DNA of 64,000 nt, taken from a virus. Shown here in pieces: positions 39,068 through 49,645 of this stretch. The notes beneath the pieces are model-generated. The model saw nothing but the letters and a program-made list of their open reading frames with translations, made no database searches and had not been told where the DNA came from. The DNA lies in IMG/VR virus record IMGVR_UViG_3300043570_000998, positions 1-64,000 of that record. One strand, written 5' to 3'. The position numbers were made by a program, and so were the translations under genes. Every line of letters begins with the position of its first letter. The stretch's first letter is position 1.

Positions 39068-40280
39068 TTCAGAAGCAAAACTTATTTCAGCAGTACTACA
39101 AGACAAGCAGGTACACGTACTTTTACAAGCCAACGTGGAGAACATTCTTCGCACTCACAATGACATATGGCAGTTTATTAGGAACTACTCTGAGCATAAC
39201 GGCACTGTCCCACCTATTACCCTTGTAGTAGACAAGTTCCGTGACTTTCATCCTATTGATGGCATAGGTGCAACCAAGCACCACCTAGAAGAATTACAGG
39301 CAGAGTATCTTAACGACAGCCTGAAGGATATCCTACGCAACACTGCTGCAGACGTACAGGGTGGCAAGGGTACAGAAGCACTAGAGTCACTTATTCAAAT
39401 GACTTCAGAGCTTAAGAAGAACACTGCCTCAATTCGTGACATTGATGTTACAGATATTGACGATGCACTTGCATACTACGAGAATGTACAGAGGCAGAAC
39501 GAGCTAGGGCAGATTGGTATCAAGACTGGTCTTCCTGGATTTGACAACTATCTTCCTGCTGGAATTATGCCAGGACAACTTGGTGTATTCCTTGCCTATC
39601 CAGGTATCGGTAAGTCGTGGCTATCGCTTTATTTTGCTGTGCAAGCTTGGAAGCAGGGTAAGTCACCAATGGTTGTAAGCCTTGAAATGAGCGAGACAGA
39701 GGTTCGCAATCGTGTCTACACAATTATGGGTAATGGTCTATGGTCACACCGTAAGCTATCCTCTGGCGAAGTAGAGCTAGATATGCTTAAGTCTTGGCAC
39801 GAGAAGAACCTTCAGGGCAAACCTGAGTTCCACATTATCTCTAATGATTCTGGTGGAGAAGTTACTCCCTCAGTTATGCGAGGGAAGATTGATCAGTACA
39901 AGCCAGACTTTGTAATTGTAGACTACCTACAACTAATGTCACCAAATCAGAAGTCAGACAATGAGACTGTTCGTATGAAGAACCTTTCTCGTGAACTAAA
40001 ACTAATGGCTATTTCTGAAGAAGTACCCATTATTGCTATCTCGTCTGCTACACCCGACGACGTTAACAAGTTAGATACAGTTCCTACACTTGGACAAACT
40101 GCTTGGTCACGTCAGATTGCTTACGATGCTGACTGGGTAATGGCTCTTGGTCGTGGTGCTAACTCAGATGTTATTGAGTGCGTATTCCGTAAGAACCGTA
40201 ATGGGTTTATGGGTGAATTTATGGTTCAGGTTGATTTTGACAAGGGGCTATATAAATACAAGGATTTTGAAGATAACTAG
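39060..40280 (+). CDS. dnaB: Replicative DNA helicase (DnaB-like)
   Basis: AYPGIGKS Walker A, SLEMS, IVDYLQLM, SRELK..A, IAYDAD, KNRNG. Confidence 0.93.
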   Translation: MNDSEAKLISAVLQDKQVHVLLQANVENILRTHNDIWQFIRNYSEHNGTVPPITLVVDKFRDFHPIDGIGATKHHLEELQAEYLNDSLKDILRNTAADVQGGKGTEALESLIQMTSELKKNTASIRDIDVTDIDDALAYYENVQRQNELGQIGIKTGLPGFDNYLPAGIMPGQLGVFLAYPGIGKSWLSLYFAVQAWKQGKSPMVVSLEMSETEVRNRVYTIMGNGLWSHRKLSSGEVELDMLKSWHEKNLQGKPEFHIISNDSGGEVTPSVMRGKIDQYKPDFVIVDYLQLMSPNQKSDNETVRMKNLSRELKLMAISEEVPIIAISSATPDDVNKLDTVPTLGQTAWSRQIAYDADWVMALGRGANSDVIECVFRKNRNGFMGEFMVQVDFDKGLYKYKDFEDN

Positions 40281-40292
40281 TTATAATGGAGT

Positions 40293-40619
40293 ATGCAAAA
40301 TCAACATCACAAAGCAATCAAACGATTTGGTTTGGATGGCATTATTCACGATGAAGCTGCAATACCAAGGCTAAAACAAGAATATATTAGACTACTAAAA
40401 ACTGAGATGATTCTAACTGGGTACGCACCTAGACTAGATATTGACCCAGACTTTACAATTTTTTATCTCCACGAGAAAGAAATCTTTGAATTTCAATTAT
40501 CACTATATGGAACATACCTAGGAAAGAATAAAACACAATGGATAACAGGAATAGACGGAACACAAATAGTTCCTACACACAAGAGCAAATCAAAAGAGTC
40601 CTTGCAGGATCAGGCATAG
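40293..40619 (+). CDS. Hypothetical protein
   Basis: TATAAT 5 nt before ATG; overlaps primase by 82 nt. Confidence 0.55.
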   Translation: MQNQHHKAIKRFGLDGIIHDEAAIPRLKQEYIRLLKTEMILTGYAPRLDIDPDFTIFYLHEKEIFEFQLSLYGTYLGKNKTQWITGIDGTQIVPTHKSKSKESLQDQA

Positions 40620-41482
40620 ATATTGAATCAGAAGTAGATTCAGATTACATTATCTTCTGCCCTTTTCACGCTAATCATAGATCACCAGCAGGTGAAATTG
40701 ATAAGCGTAATGGAACATTCTTTTGCTTTTCCTGTCACCACGTCGCAGACCTAGTTGAAGTTGTAGTAAAAACATCTGCTCGTACATATTTTGAAGCGGT
40801 ACGTTTTATTAAGTCTAAGGGTACAGAGTCAGACCTTACATCTGAGATTAATCGTCAACTCTATACAAAGCCAGACTATGTACAGTTTGACGATGTACTT
40901 GTTAAAAGACTAAATCAACAAGCATTAGAGTCACCTCGTGCTATGCGATATTTTGCTGGACGGTTTGTGACAGAGGCATCCGTAAAGAAGTTTGCACTTG
41001 GATTCTCTGAAAAACAGGATATGGTAACTATTCCTGTACAAGCCCCAGATGGTATGTCGATTGGCTTTGTAGGTCGTTCCATTGAAGGCAAGGAGTTTAA
41101 GAATACTCCAGGAATGCCTAAATCAAAACTTCTGTTTAACCTGCATAGGGTCAAAACAGCAGACAGGGTATATGTAGTCGAATCATCTTTCGATGCCATA
41201 CGCCTTGATCAAGTTGGATTTCCAGCGGTAGCAACTTTAGGTTCTAACGTATCCAACATACAGATTGAATTGCTTAAGAAGTATTTCAATAACATAATCG
41301 TTATTGCAGATAATGATGAAGCAGGAGGAAATATGAAGTCCAAGATCATTGAGAAGCTTGGGTCTCGTGTATCCGTAATCACACTAGAAAAACAATACAA
41401 GGATATCGGAGATATGACGGATGAAGATATTGCAAAGCTGGATGTTGCATTTGACAAAACCATCATATCTATGCTAAACTGA
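40538..41482 (+). CDS. dnaG: DNA primase (CHC2 Zn finger + TOPRIM)
   Basis: CPFH...CFSC; VVES.FDA; IADNDEAG; KDIGD. Confidence 0.9.
   Translation: MDNRNRRNTNSSYTQEQIKRVLAGSGIDIESEVDSDYIIFCPFHANHRSPAGEIDKRNGTFFCFSCHHVADLVEVVVKTSARTYFEAVRFIKSKGTESDLTSEINRQLYTKPDYVQFDDVLVKRLNQQALESPRAMRYFAGRFVTEASVKKFALGFSEKQDMVTIPVQAPDGMSIGFVGRSIEGKEFKNTPGMPKSKLLFNLHRVKTADRVYVVESSFDAIRLDQVGFPAVATLGSNVSNIQIELLKKYFNNIIVIADNDEAGGNMKSKIIEKLGSRVSVITLEKQYKDIGDMTDEDIAKLDVAFDKTIISMLN
41451..41480 (+). promoter_or_regulatory. Sigma70-type promoter for SSB gene
   Basis: TTGACA-18 nt-TAAACT with TG extension. Confidence 0.55.
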
Positions 41483-41509
41483 TAACCTCAACAATACAAG
41501 GAGAAAACA

Positions 41510-42160
41510 ATGAGTGCAATTAAGGGATTAAAAAATCTAAACGCCCTACTCGAAAAACCAAAGTTCGAAGGAACAAAAGTTCGTTGGCTTAAGCTTGCTG
41601 ACGGACAGTCTGCTGCGATTCGTTTCGTAGAAGAACTAGATGCAGATTCACCCTACTACGATGAAAGTCGTGGAGAGGCTTGTGTATTTGCAGAGCACAC
41701 CAACCCAAAGGACTACAAGCGTAAAGCTGCTTGTACAGTGGATTCGGAAGGTCGCTGCTACGGCTGTGAAATGGCTCGTAAGGAGCCTAAGTCTGGCTGG
41801 AGAGCACGTAACCGCTTCTATTGCAACGTCCTCGTTGAAGACGGTCTTGAAGACCCTTACGTGGCTGTATGGTCACAGGGTATTTCAAAGCAGTCTGCTG
41901 TACCCACATTGATGGAGTACTTTGACGACACCAAGGGTATTTCAAATGTTGTTTGGAAGATCAAGCGTAACGGTCAGGGAACTGAAACAAGTTACACACT
42001 TCTTCCAAAGGGACCTGACACAGAGCCTTTTGACTGGTCAACACACGAGTTCCACAACTTGGAAAACGTTCTTCGTGAGATTCCTTACGCTGAACAGGAA
42101 GCATTCTACTTCGGTTTTGATGCTCCATCAATTACCTCAGCAACTAATACTGACTGGTAA
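41510..42160 (+). CDS. Single-stranded DNA-binding protein (gp32-like, Zn-binding)
   Basis: WLKL.DGQS..IRF; H...C...C..C; KR.G.GT.TSY; acidic/aromatic C-terminus; between primase and polymerase. Confidence 0.7.
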   Translation: MSAIKGLKNLNALLEKPKFEGTKVRWLKLADGQSAAIRFVEELDADSPYYDESRGEACVFAEHTNPKDYKRKAACTVDSEGRCYGCEMARKEPKSGWRARNRFYCNVLVEDGLEDPYVAVWSQGISKQSAVPTLMEYFDDTKGISNVVWKIKRNGQGTETSYTLLPKGPDTEPFDWSTHEFHNLENVLREIPYAEQEAFYFGFDAPSITSATNTDW

Positions 42161-42227
42161 TATCCATAGTGCTGGGCATCACTATAATCTGCCCAACTTA
42201 AACTTTCACCTCTAACATAAGGATCTT

Positions 42228-45200
42228 ATGAGTTACGCTGGGCTACACGTTCATACACACTATAGTCTCTTTGACGGAATAGCTACCCCACAGGAATATG
42301 TGGATCGTGCGGTAGAGCTGGGTATGCCAGCAATTGCAATCACAGATCACGGAAGTCTCTCAGGACACCGTGAGTTATATCGCTCTGCTAAAGAAGCTGG
42401 CATCAAGCCAATTCTTGGCATTGAGGGGTACATCACTAAAGATCGCCTAGACCACACAGATAAAAAATATAAGCACGACCCCCTAGATCTTAACTATAAT
42501 CACCTTATTATTCTTGCAAAGAACACTATAGGTCTAGAGAACTTAAATAAGCTTAATGAGCTTGCTTGGACAGAAGGATTCTACAAGAAGCCTCGTATTG
42601 ATTGGAAGATTCTTGAACAATACAAAGAGGGGCTTGTTATTACTTCTGGCTGTTTGTCTGGGGTATTGGCTAAGGCAATCGAATCAGACAACCTAGCCTA
42701 TGCCAAGGAACACATCAAGTGGTGTAAGGATACTTTTGGTGACGACTACTACATTGAGGTAATGCCTCACAATCCTGCAGAAGTAAACAAGATGTTGCTT
42801 GAGCTTGCAGACGAGTTTGGTATTACACCTGTTGTTACACCTGACTGCCACCACTCCGATAAGAGCCAGAAAGAAATCCAGGAACTTAAACTAATCCTTA
42901 ACTCATACTCAAATAAAACTGTTGGAGATGCAACATATAACGGTACAAAGAAGTATGATAACCTTATGGACAAGCTAGACTACCTCTACGGGGCTGACCG
43001 CCAGATGTCATTTAACAAGTTTGACATTCACCTTTTGTCAGATGAAGAGATGCACAATGCAATGAAGGCTCAGGGTATTGACCGTGAGGATATGTACGAA
43101 GCAACTCTTGAGATCGTAAACAAGATTGAGGATTATGATATCCAGGACTACCGTGACTTGCTTCCTGTGCAGTACCAGGACCCTGACGGAGAGCTCCTCA
43201 GCCTCGCTCTAGAGGGCTTAAAGGCTAAGGGACTAGACCAGAACCAGGAATATATTGACCGCCTTAACGAAGAGCTGATGATTATCAAGGATAAGAACTT
43301 TGGTCCATACTTTTTAGTTGTACGGTCTATGATTTCTTGGGCAAAGAAGGAAGGCATTATGGTTGGACCAGGACGTGGTTCATCTGCTGGTTCGCTTTTG
43401 TGCTATTCACTTGGCATCACTGACATTGATCCTATCATACACGGCTTGCTATTCTTCCGATTTATTAATCCAGAACGTAATGACTTCCCAGATATTGATA
43501 CAGATATCCAAGATACACGCCGTGAAGAAGTTAAAGATTACTTGGTTCGTCAGTATCGTCACGTTGCTTCTATTGCTACGTTCTTGCAGTTCAAAGATAA
43601 GGGTGTGGTACGAGACATTGCTCGTGTGCTAAACATCCCTCTTCCTGACGTTAATAAGGTTATGAAGCTTGTAGATACTTGGGAAGACTACTGCTCTTCA
43701 TCATCTACAGCAGAGTTCCGTGAGAAGTATCCAGAGATTGAATTATATGGAGAGCAACTGCGTGGTCGTATCCGTGGTACTGGCATCCACGCTGCAGGTG
43801 TTGTTACATCCAAAGAGCCTATCTTTAAGTTTGCTCCAATGGAAACTCGCACAGCACCAGGAACTAAAGAGCGTATCCCTGTTGTTGCAGTAGATATGAC
43901 AGAGGCAGAGCGTATCGGTCTTATTAAGATTGATGCCCTTGGTCTAAAAACTCTTTCTGTTCTACAAGACACACTTGCAATTATTAAAGACCGTAGTGGC
44001 AAAGACATTGATCTTCTAAAGATTGATATGGATGATAAGAATGTTTACGATATGCTTTCTAACGGATTTACTAAAGGTGTCTTTCAGTGTGAAGCAACAC
44101 CATACACTAATCTACTTGTAAAAATGGGTGTAAAGAACTTTGCAGAACTTGCTGCTTCTAATGCTCTAGTCCGTCCAGGTGCAATGAATACAATTGGTAA
44201 AGATTACATTGCTCGTAAACACGGCAAGCAAAAGATTACCTATCTTCACAGTGTTATGAAAGAGTTTACAGACGAGACCTATGGATGTGTTCTATATCAA
44301 GAACAGGTTATGATTGCTTGTACAAATCTTGGCGGTATGACAATGGCAGAGGCTGATAAAGTTCGTAAGATTATTGGTAAAAAGAAAGATGCTCGTGAGT
44401 TTGACGTGTATAAAGATCAGTTTGTAAGAGGAGCTTCTCGATATGTAACTACCTTCCAAGCAGAAGAACTTTGGCACGACTTTGAGGCTCACGCAGGTTA
44501 CTCTTTTAATAAGTCACACGCCGTAGCATACTCAACACTTTCTTACTGGACCGCTTGGTTAAAGTATCACTACCCAATTGAGTTTATGTTTGCACTTCTC
44601 AAGAACGAAAAAGACAAGGATGCTCGCACAGAGTACCTTATCGAAGCAAAGCGTATGGGTATCCCAATTAAGTTGCCACACGTTAATGATTCAGATGCTG
44701 ACTTCAAGATTGAGGGCAAGGGTATTCGGTTTGGTCTTAGTGGTATCAAGTTCATTAGTGATAACATTGCAGAAAAGTATATCGCTGCTCGCCCCTTTAA
44801 CTCTTACAAAGAACTAGAAGAGTTCTCGTTTGGCAAGGGTAACGGAGTCAACTCTCGTGCATTGTCAGCACTAAGACTAATTGGTGCTGCTACATTCCCT
44901 GACCAGCCTCGTAATGATGAAGAGATTCGTGAGAACCTGTACGAGTACTTAAACCTACCAGAGTTCAACACATCAATTCCACAGCACTATCACGCATTTA
45001 TTAATGACGTTGAGGAGTATGAGGAAAAGGGAGCTTTTGTTATTATGGGTATTGTCAAGGGTATCAAACGAGGCAAAGGCTGGTCACGAGTAGAGGTACT
45101 AGATAAGACAGGGGCTATCGGTATCTTTGACGAAGAACAGTCTAAGGTTGAGGCAGGACGTACATACCTTATTCTTGCAAGTGACAATCGTATTGTTACA

Positions 45201-45506
45201 GCAATCCCTGCGGATGAAATTAAGGGTAATGATTCAGGTCTTGTAAAGATTCTTAACTACCGTATGCTACCCTATACAGACGACCAATTAATGGTTGTGT
45301 CATTCAGACCACGTATCACTAAGGCTGGTAAAAAGATGGCATCAATGGTGGTGGCAGACTCTTCACGAGAACTGCACTCAATCACAATCTTTCCAACTTC
45401 ATTTCCTAAAGCATATATGAAGATCAAGGAAGGCAATGTATATAAATTCTCTTTGGGTAAGACCAAAGATGGAACAACAATTATGGAGGATGTATTCGAT
45501 GTTTGA
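42228..45506 (+). CDS. dnaE: DNA polymerase III alpha subunit
   Basis: LHVHTHYSLFDG, AITDHG, GPGRGSSAGS, PDIDTD, GIHAAGVV, KIDALGL, YSFNKSH. Confidence 0.96.
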   Translation: MSYAGLHVHTHYSLFDGIATPQEYVDRAVELGMPAIAITDHGSLSGHRELYRSAKEAGIKPILGIEGYITKDRLDHTDKKYKHDPLDLNYNHLIILAKNTIGLENLNKLNELAWTEGFYKKPRIDWKILEQYKEGLVITSGCLSGVLAKAIESDNLAYAKEHIKWCKDTFGDDYYIEVMPHNPAEVNKMLLELADEFGITPVVTPDCHHSDKSQKEIQELKLILNSYSNKTVGDATYNGTKKYDNLMDKLDYLYGADRQMSFNKFDIHLLSDEEMHNAMKAQGIDREDMYEATLEIVNKIEDYDIQDYRDLLPVQYQDPDGELLSLALEGLKAKGLDQNQEYIDRLNEELMIIKDKNFGPYFLVVRSMISWAKKEGIMVGPGRGSSAGSLLCYSLGITDIDPIIHGLLFFRFINPERNDFPDIDTDIQDTRREEVKDYLVRQYRHVASIATFLQFKDKGVVRDIARVLNIPLPDVNKVMKLVDTWEDYCSSSSTAEFREKYPEIELYGEQLRGRIRGTGIHAAGVVTSKEPIFKFAPMETRTAPGTKERIPVVAVDMTEAERIGLIKIDALGLKTLSVLQDTLAIIKDRSGKDIDLLKIDMDDKNVYDMLSNGFTKGVFQCEATPYTNLLVKMGVKNFAELAASNALVRPGAMNTIGKDYIARKHGKQKITYLHSVMKEFTDETYGCVLYQEQVMIACTNLGGMTMAEADKVRKIIGKKKDAREFDVYKDQFVRGASRYVTTFQAEELWHDFEAHAGYSFNKSHAVAYSTLSYWTAWLKYHYPIEFMFALLKNEKDKDARTEYLIEAKRMGIPIKLPHVNDSDADFKIEGKGIRFGLSGIKFISDNIAEKYIAARPFNSYKELEEFSFGKGNGVNSRALSALRLIGAATFPDQPRNDEEIRENLYEYLNLPEFNTSIPQHYHAFINDVEEYEEKGAFVIMGIVKGIKRGKGWSRVEVLDKTGAIGIFDEEQSKVEAGRTYLILASDNRIVTAIPADEIKGNDSGLVKILNYRMLPYTDDQLMVVSFRPRITKAGKKMASMVVADSSRELHSITIFPTSFPKAYMKIKEGNVYKFSLGKTKDGTTIMEDVFDV

Positions 45507-45834
45507 TGAAGTAACAAAACACCTGCACGAGATTGCAGTAGAGAAAGGTTTCTGGGATGTAATTAAAGATGCATCACAGGAGCAAAAAGATATATTTATG
45601 GCTAAACAGTTAATGATGATTGTGTCAGAAGCAGTTGAAGTTATGGAAGCTATTCGCAAGTCAAAGGGTCCAGAAGATGTAGCAGATGAAATGGCAGATA
45701 TTGTTATCCGCACACTTGACCTGTATGCTGGATTAGTGGAGCACGAATACACACACGTATCGCTTGACGATGCATTTGAAAAAAAGACGACTTTCAATAA
45801 GTCCCGACCAGAAAAGCACGGAGTAAAGTTCTAA
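45499..45834 (+). CDS. MazG-like nucleotide pyrophosphohydrolase
   Basis: SE..E..EA.RK and DEMAD..IR.LD; RBS GGAGG before ATG45499. Confidence 0.75.
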   Translation: MFDEVTKHLHEIAVEKGFWDVIKDASQEQKDIFMAKQLMMIVSEAVEVMEAIRKSKGPEDVADEMADIVIRTLDLYAGLVEHEYTHVSLDDAFEKKTTFNKSRPEKHGVKF

Positions 45835-46058
45835 TGACAGTAACAGTATATACAAAAGACAATTGCGTACAATGTGAAGCAACTAAGCGTCACCTTGACA
45901 AGCTAGATGTTCCTTACGAGGTAATCAACATCACTAATAATGTTAGTGCTCTTGACAAGTTAATCTCACTTGGATATCGTTCAGCCCCTGTAGTTGTTGC
46001 AGGTAGTGATAGTTGGGCAGGATATGTACCAGACAAGATCGATAAGTTGGCTGAATAA
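45834..46058 (+). CDS. nrdH: Glutaredoxin-like NrdH redoxin
   Basis: VYTK..CVQC..TK, APVV, W.GY.PD. Confidence 0.92.
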   Translation: MTVTVYTKDNCVQCEATKRHLDKLDVPYEVINITNNVSALDKLISLGYRSAPVVVAGSDSWAGYVPDKIDKLAE

Positions 46059-47068
46059 TGACAACAATGGAAGAGGCACTAGCACAGCTAGACCCAAGAA
46101 TTCGCAAACGCTTGTCTAATGGTGCAGGGTTTAAGACAGACTTTCAGCCCACTCCCAGCTTTGGACTCAACCGTGCTCTAGGCGGTGGGTTGCCATATGG
46201 TCGTCAAGTTCTTATTTGGGGAAGCAAGTCTTCGGCAAAGTCTTCTCTATGTCTTCAGATGGTTGGTCTTGCACAGGCAGAAGGCAAACTCTGTGCTTGG
46301 ATCGATGCAGAAATGTCATACGACGAAGCGTGGTCGAAGAAACTTGGGGTAGATACAGAAAACCTTATTGTCTCACAGGCTCGTACTATTAACGAGATGG
46401 TAGACGTAGGCACAGCACTAATTAATGCAGGTGTAGACCTAGTGGTAGTTGATTCAATTACCTCACTACTTCCTGCTATCTACTTTGAAAAAGACTCTGA
46501 CGAACTCAAGCAACTTGAGAACACTAAGCAGATTGGTGCTGAGTCACGAGACTTTAGCAACGCCTGGAAGATGATTAACTATGCTAACAACAAAGTCAAG
46601 CCAACACTGTTCGTCCTGATCTCTCAGTCACGAAACAACATTAGTGCTATGTACACACAGCAACAGCCTACAGGTGGACAAGCAACTAAATTCTATTCAT
46701 CAACAGTCATTAAGTTGTTTAGTTCGGAGTCGGATAATCAAGCCATCAAGGGCAAAATTCCCATAGGAGATAAACTAATTGAACAAAAGATTGGTCGCAA
46801 GGTCAAGTGGGAATTACAGTTCTCTAAGACCTCTCCAGGCTTCCAGAGCGGTGAATATGACTTTTACTTCCGTGGGGATGGGGTAGGAATTGACAGCGTT
46901 GGTGACCTTGTGGACACCGCTGAGATGGCAGGTATTGTATCTCGTACAGGTGCTTGGTACATTGTATCGGAAGATAAAAAAGTTCAGGGCAGGGAAGCAT
47001 TTATTAACTATGTCAAGGAAAATGACGACTTCCGTAAATCTATTGAGGACCAGCTAAATGTCAGCTAA
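46058..47068 (+). CDS. recA: RecA-like recombinase
   Basis: LGGGLP.GR, WIDAE, VVVDSI, GG.A.KFYSS, GAWY; Walker A variant GSKSSAKS. Confidence 0.9.
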   Translation: MTTMEEALAQLDPRIRKRLSNGAGFKTDFQPTPSFGLNRALGGGLPYGRQVLIWGSKSSAKSSLCLQMVGLAQAEGKLCAWIDAEMSYDEAWSKKLGVDTENLIVSQARTINEMVDVGTALINAGVDLVVVDSITSLLPAIYFEKDSDELKQLENTKQIGAESRDFSNAWKMINYANNKVKPTLFVLISQSRNNISAMYTQQQPTGGQATKFYSSTVIKLFSSESDNQAIKGKIPIGDKLIEQKIGRKVKWELQFSKTSPGFQSGEYDFYFRGDGVGIDSVGDLVDTAEMAGIVSRTGAWYIVSEDKKVQGREAFINYVKENDDFRKSIEDQLNVS

Positions 47069-47246
47069 GTATGATGTTCACAAAGGTAAGTTTAATTGTC
47101 ATACCTGCAAAACAGAAGTATCGTCAATTAGATGGTACTGGACGTTAAAAGAGTTAACTTGGCTATGTCCAGAAGGACACCTTAGCAAAGTTGATCTTAA
47201 CACTAAAAAAAGTAAGGGTAATTATGAGCGAGAAGAACGAAAGTAA
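47058..47246 (+). CDS. Small Zn-ribbon protein
   Basis: CHTC...CPEGH. Confidence 0.6.
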   Translation: MSAKYDVHKGKFNCHTCKTEVSSIRWYWTLKELTWLCPEGHLSKVDLNTKKSKGNYEREERK

Positions 47247-47511
47247 AAGAATCGGTGCGAAACAACATAAAAATTCTGGACGTAATACGACCAAAGGTGA
47301 TGCTACTTGGGGACAGTTTGTTGTTGACTTTAAAGAAGTATCGAAATCATTTACTATCAATAGGGAGGTTTGGGCTAAAGCTACGACTGACGCAATACGT
47401 GGTAACAAAGACCCAGCAATTATTATTGTACTTGGCGAGGGTAATTCTAAAGTAAGACTAGCAGTCATTGAGCTGGGTATCCTAGAACAATTGACTGAAT
47501 CATCAGAGTAG
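47224..47511 (+). CDS. PD-(D/E)XK Holliday-junction resolvase-like protein
   Basis: NSGR...KGD......D.K pattern. Confidence 0.6.
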   Translation: MSEKNESKRIGAKQHKNSGRNTTKGDATWGQFVVDFKEVSKSFTINREVWAKATTDAIRGNKDPAIIIVLGEGNSKVRLAVIELGILEQLTESSE

Positions 47512-47519
47512 TGTATAAT
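47491..47519 (+). promoter_or_regulatory. Sigma70-type promoter
   Basis: TTGACT-17 nt-TATAAT. Confidence 0.65.
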
Positions 47520-47544
47520 AGAAGGATAGTAGAAATTGGAAACA

Positions 47545-47850
47545 ATGGAAGAAACAAAAACAACATTAGAACGAGTCAATGGTCTCACTGAGATCGCTGA
47601 CTTTATGAACGATGAAGAGCTTACTGAAGCCCTCACGTTTATTGCAAAGGTTATTTTCAAGCCAGAGATTCCTGCACAGGTAGCCTCTATTGAGATCGTT
47701 CGCTTGCAAGCCATTGCTGCTAAAATGTCATTCAAGGCTACTTGGATGGCTAACGTAGATAAGGGAGATAGAGCGAAGAAGAATATTTATTTTACTGCTG
47801 CTAGTTCAATTAATGAACTTGTTGCTGCACTTAAATATATTACTCGTTAA
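47545..47850 (+). CDS. Hypothetical helical protein
   Basis: ORF downstream of promoter. Confidence 0.6.
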   Translation: MEETKTTLERVNGLTEIADFMNDEELTEALTFIAKVIFKPEIPAQVASIEIVRLQAIAAKMSFKATWMANVDKGDRAKKNIYFTAASSINELVAALKYITR

Positions 47851-47857
47851 ACATACT

Positions 47858-48661
47858 ATGACTAAAAATTTACTAAACCAAGTTATGCTCAAGGGTGCAT
47901 CAGATAAGAAAAGATCATTCCTAGATACTGACGAGCTTATTAAAAAGATTCAGCACGGATACATTATTAACCGTGTTGACAAGCACCAGCAGAAGAAAAC
48001 TTTTGCACCTAGTACAATTGCATTCTCCCACGGAGAGTGTCCTCGTTACTGGTACATTGCCTTTGAGGGTGCAACATTTACAGACAATGCAGATGCATAT
48101 GGCGGAGCTAATATGACTGCTGGAACCAAGTCGCACGAACGTATCCAGTCAGCTATGGCAAATGTGCCAGACCTGCTCGTTGACTCTGAGTTTAAAATTA
48201 CAAGTCAGGACCCACCTATCTTTGGTTACGGTGACGTAATCCTCAAGTGGGGTGGAGAAGATTTGCTTGGCGAAATTAAAACAATGCCAAACGAAGGATT
48301 CGAATATCGAAAAGCAGCAGGGAAACCAAAGCTTGGTCACCTCGTACAGTTGCTTATCTATATGAAAATTCTGGGGAGAGAACGTGCAGTACTAATCTAT
48401 GAGAACAAGAATAACCACGAGTTGCTTGTCCTTCCAGTAGTACTAAACGATTATCTTAAAGGGTGGGTAGACAGTACATTTGATTGGATGAGAGAAGTTC
48501 GTAGTGCTTGGGAGAATAAAACTCTTCCCACCAAGAACTACCGATCAAATTCGAAGATTTGCAAGACTTGTCCAGTAAGGTCAACTTGTGATATCGCTGG
48601 TCCAGGGACGCTACAAATAAAGTCTATGGAGCCAATCAATGAAGCATTGTCAATGGTGTGA
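47858..48661 (+). CDS. Cas4-like PD-(D/E)XK exonuclease
   Basis: CPR, GT..H, G..D...EIKT, QL..Y, C..CP....C. Confidence 0.85.
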   Translation: MTKNLLNQVMLKGASDKKRSFLDTDELIKKIQHGYIINRVDKHQQKKTFAPSTIAFSHGECPRYWYIAFEGATFTDNADAYGGANMTAGTKSHERIQSAMANVPDLLVDSEFKITSQDPPIFGYGDVILKWGGEDLLGEIKTMPNEGFEYRKAAGKPKLGHLVQLLIYMKILGRERAVLIYENKNNHELLVLPVVLNDYLKGWVDSTFDWMREVRSAWENKTLPTKNYRSNSKICKTCPVRSTCDIAGPGTLQIKSMEPINEALSMV

Positions 48662-48932
48662 TAACCAATTTAAACCAAATGTATCTTATCAGATATATTG
48701 TTCTGCTGACTGTAGGGAACACGCAACTAGAGAGAAAATAGCTGAACGCTATGCTAGAAATCGTTTGCAAAAGCCCTCTCGAAAGAACAGAAAATGCAAA
48801 AATTGCGGATCAAAACTATCTATTTATAATGATGAAGAAACCTGCTCCATATGCGATATTAATCCTTCAGAAGTAAATAAAATATTAAAAGAGTTAAAGG
48901 GGATAGCCGATGGTAAAATTGAGCTTAATTAA
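48639..48932 (+). CDS. Zn-finger protein
   Basis: Four CxxC/CxxxC pairs. Confidence 0.65.
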   Translation: MKHCQWCDNQFKPNVSYQIYCSADCREHATREKIAERYARNRLQKPSRKNRKCKNCGSKLSIYNDEETCSICDINPSEVNKILKELKGIADGKIELN

Positions 48933-49485
48933 TCCAAAACCAAAAACAGTTTGCTCAATTGATGCAAGCACAAACAGCCTAGCCTTTGCTATTTTTGAGG
49001 ACAAGTCTTTAATTAGATTTGGCAAGATTAATTTTACTGGTCGTAATGCATATGAAAAAGTTGGAGATGCTGCAAAGAAGTGTCTATCTTTCTTTAAACA
49101 ATTTAATATTGATTCTATTATTATTGAGCACACGGTATTTATTAACAGCCCTAAGACTGCTGCAGATCTTGCACTTGTTCAAGGAGCGATGCTTGGGTCA
49201 GCTCAAATTAATGGCATAAAGATTGCTGGATCAGTTAATCCAATTACTTGGCAATCATTTATTGGCAACACAAAACTCTCGGCGGTAGAAAAACAACAAC
49301 TTCGCAAAGAGAATCCTAACAAATCCGAGTCTTGGTATAAGGGGCAAGAACGTGAAATTAGAAAACAAAAAACAATACGTTATGTTGGTACGTATTATAA
49401 TAAGTCTATTAGTGATAATGACGTGGCAGACGCTATCGGAATTGGTCACTGGGCTATCCACAATTGGGAAAAGGTTGACAAATAG
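48910..49485 (+). CDS. RuvC-like resolvase (RNase H fold)
   Basis: SIDAST...AF, IIE, W...IG, D.ADAIGI. Confidence 0.8.
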   Translation: MVKLSLINPKPKTVCSIDASTNSLAFAIFEDKSLIRFGKINFTGRNAYEKVGDAAKKCLSFFKQFNIDSIIIEHTVFINSPKTAADLALVQGAMLGSAQINGIKIAGSVNPITWQSFIGNTKLSAVEKQQLRKENPNKSESWYKGQEREIRKQKTIRYVGTYYNKSISDNDVADAIGIGHWAIHNWEKVDK

Positions 49486-49489
49486 ACTT

Positions 49490-49645
49490 ATGGCTGCTAA
49501 ACTATATCAAAGCGAGGCGTGGCTTCGCAAACGCTACCACCTTGATCGCAAGACTCCAGAAGATATTGCAAAAGAGTGTGGCACTAGCGTTGAAACAATT
49601 TATGTATACCTTGCAAAGTTTGGACTAAGAAAGAGTAAAAGATGA
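49490..49645 (+). CDS. Small HTH protein
   Basis: WL...Y....T..IA.ECG.S..TI...L..FG; start ATG49490. Confidence 0.7.
   Translation: MAAKLYQSEAWLRKRYHLDRKTPEDIAKECGTSVETIYVYLAKFGLRKSKR

Noticed and set aside
42173-42195. GGGCA/TGCCC mini-hairpin with TATAAT in its loop upstream of dnaE
   Set aside because: The stem is too short to distinguish from chance without comparative data
47858-48661. Cas4-like gene as evidence of a CRISPR-Cas system
   Set aside because: Solo Cas4-like nucleases are common in phage recombination modules; no other cas genes or array are present
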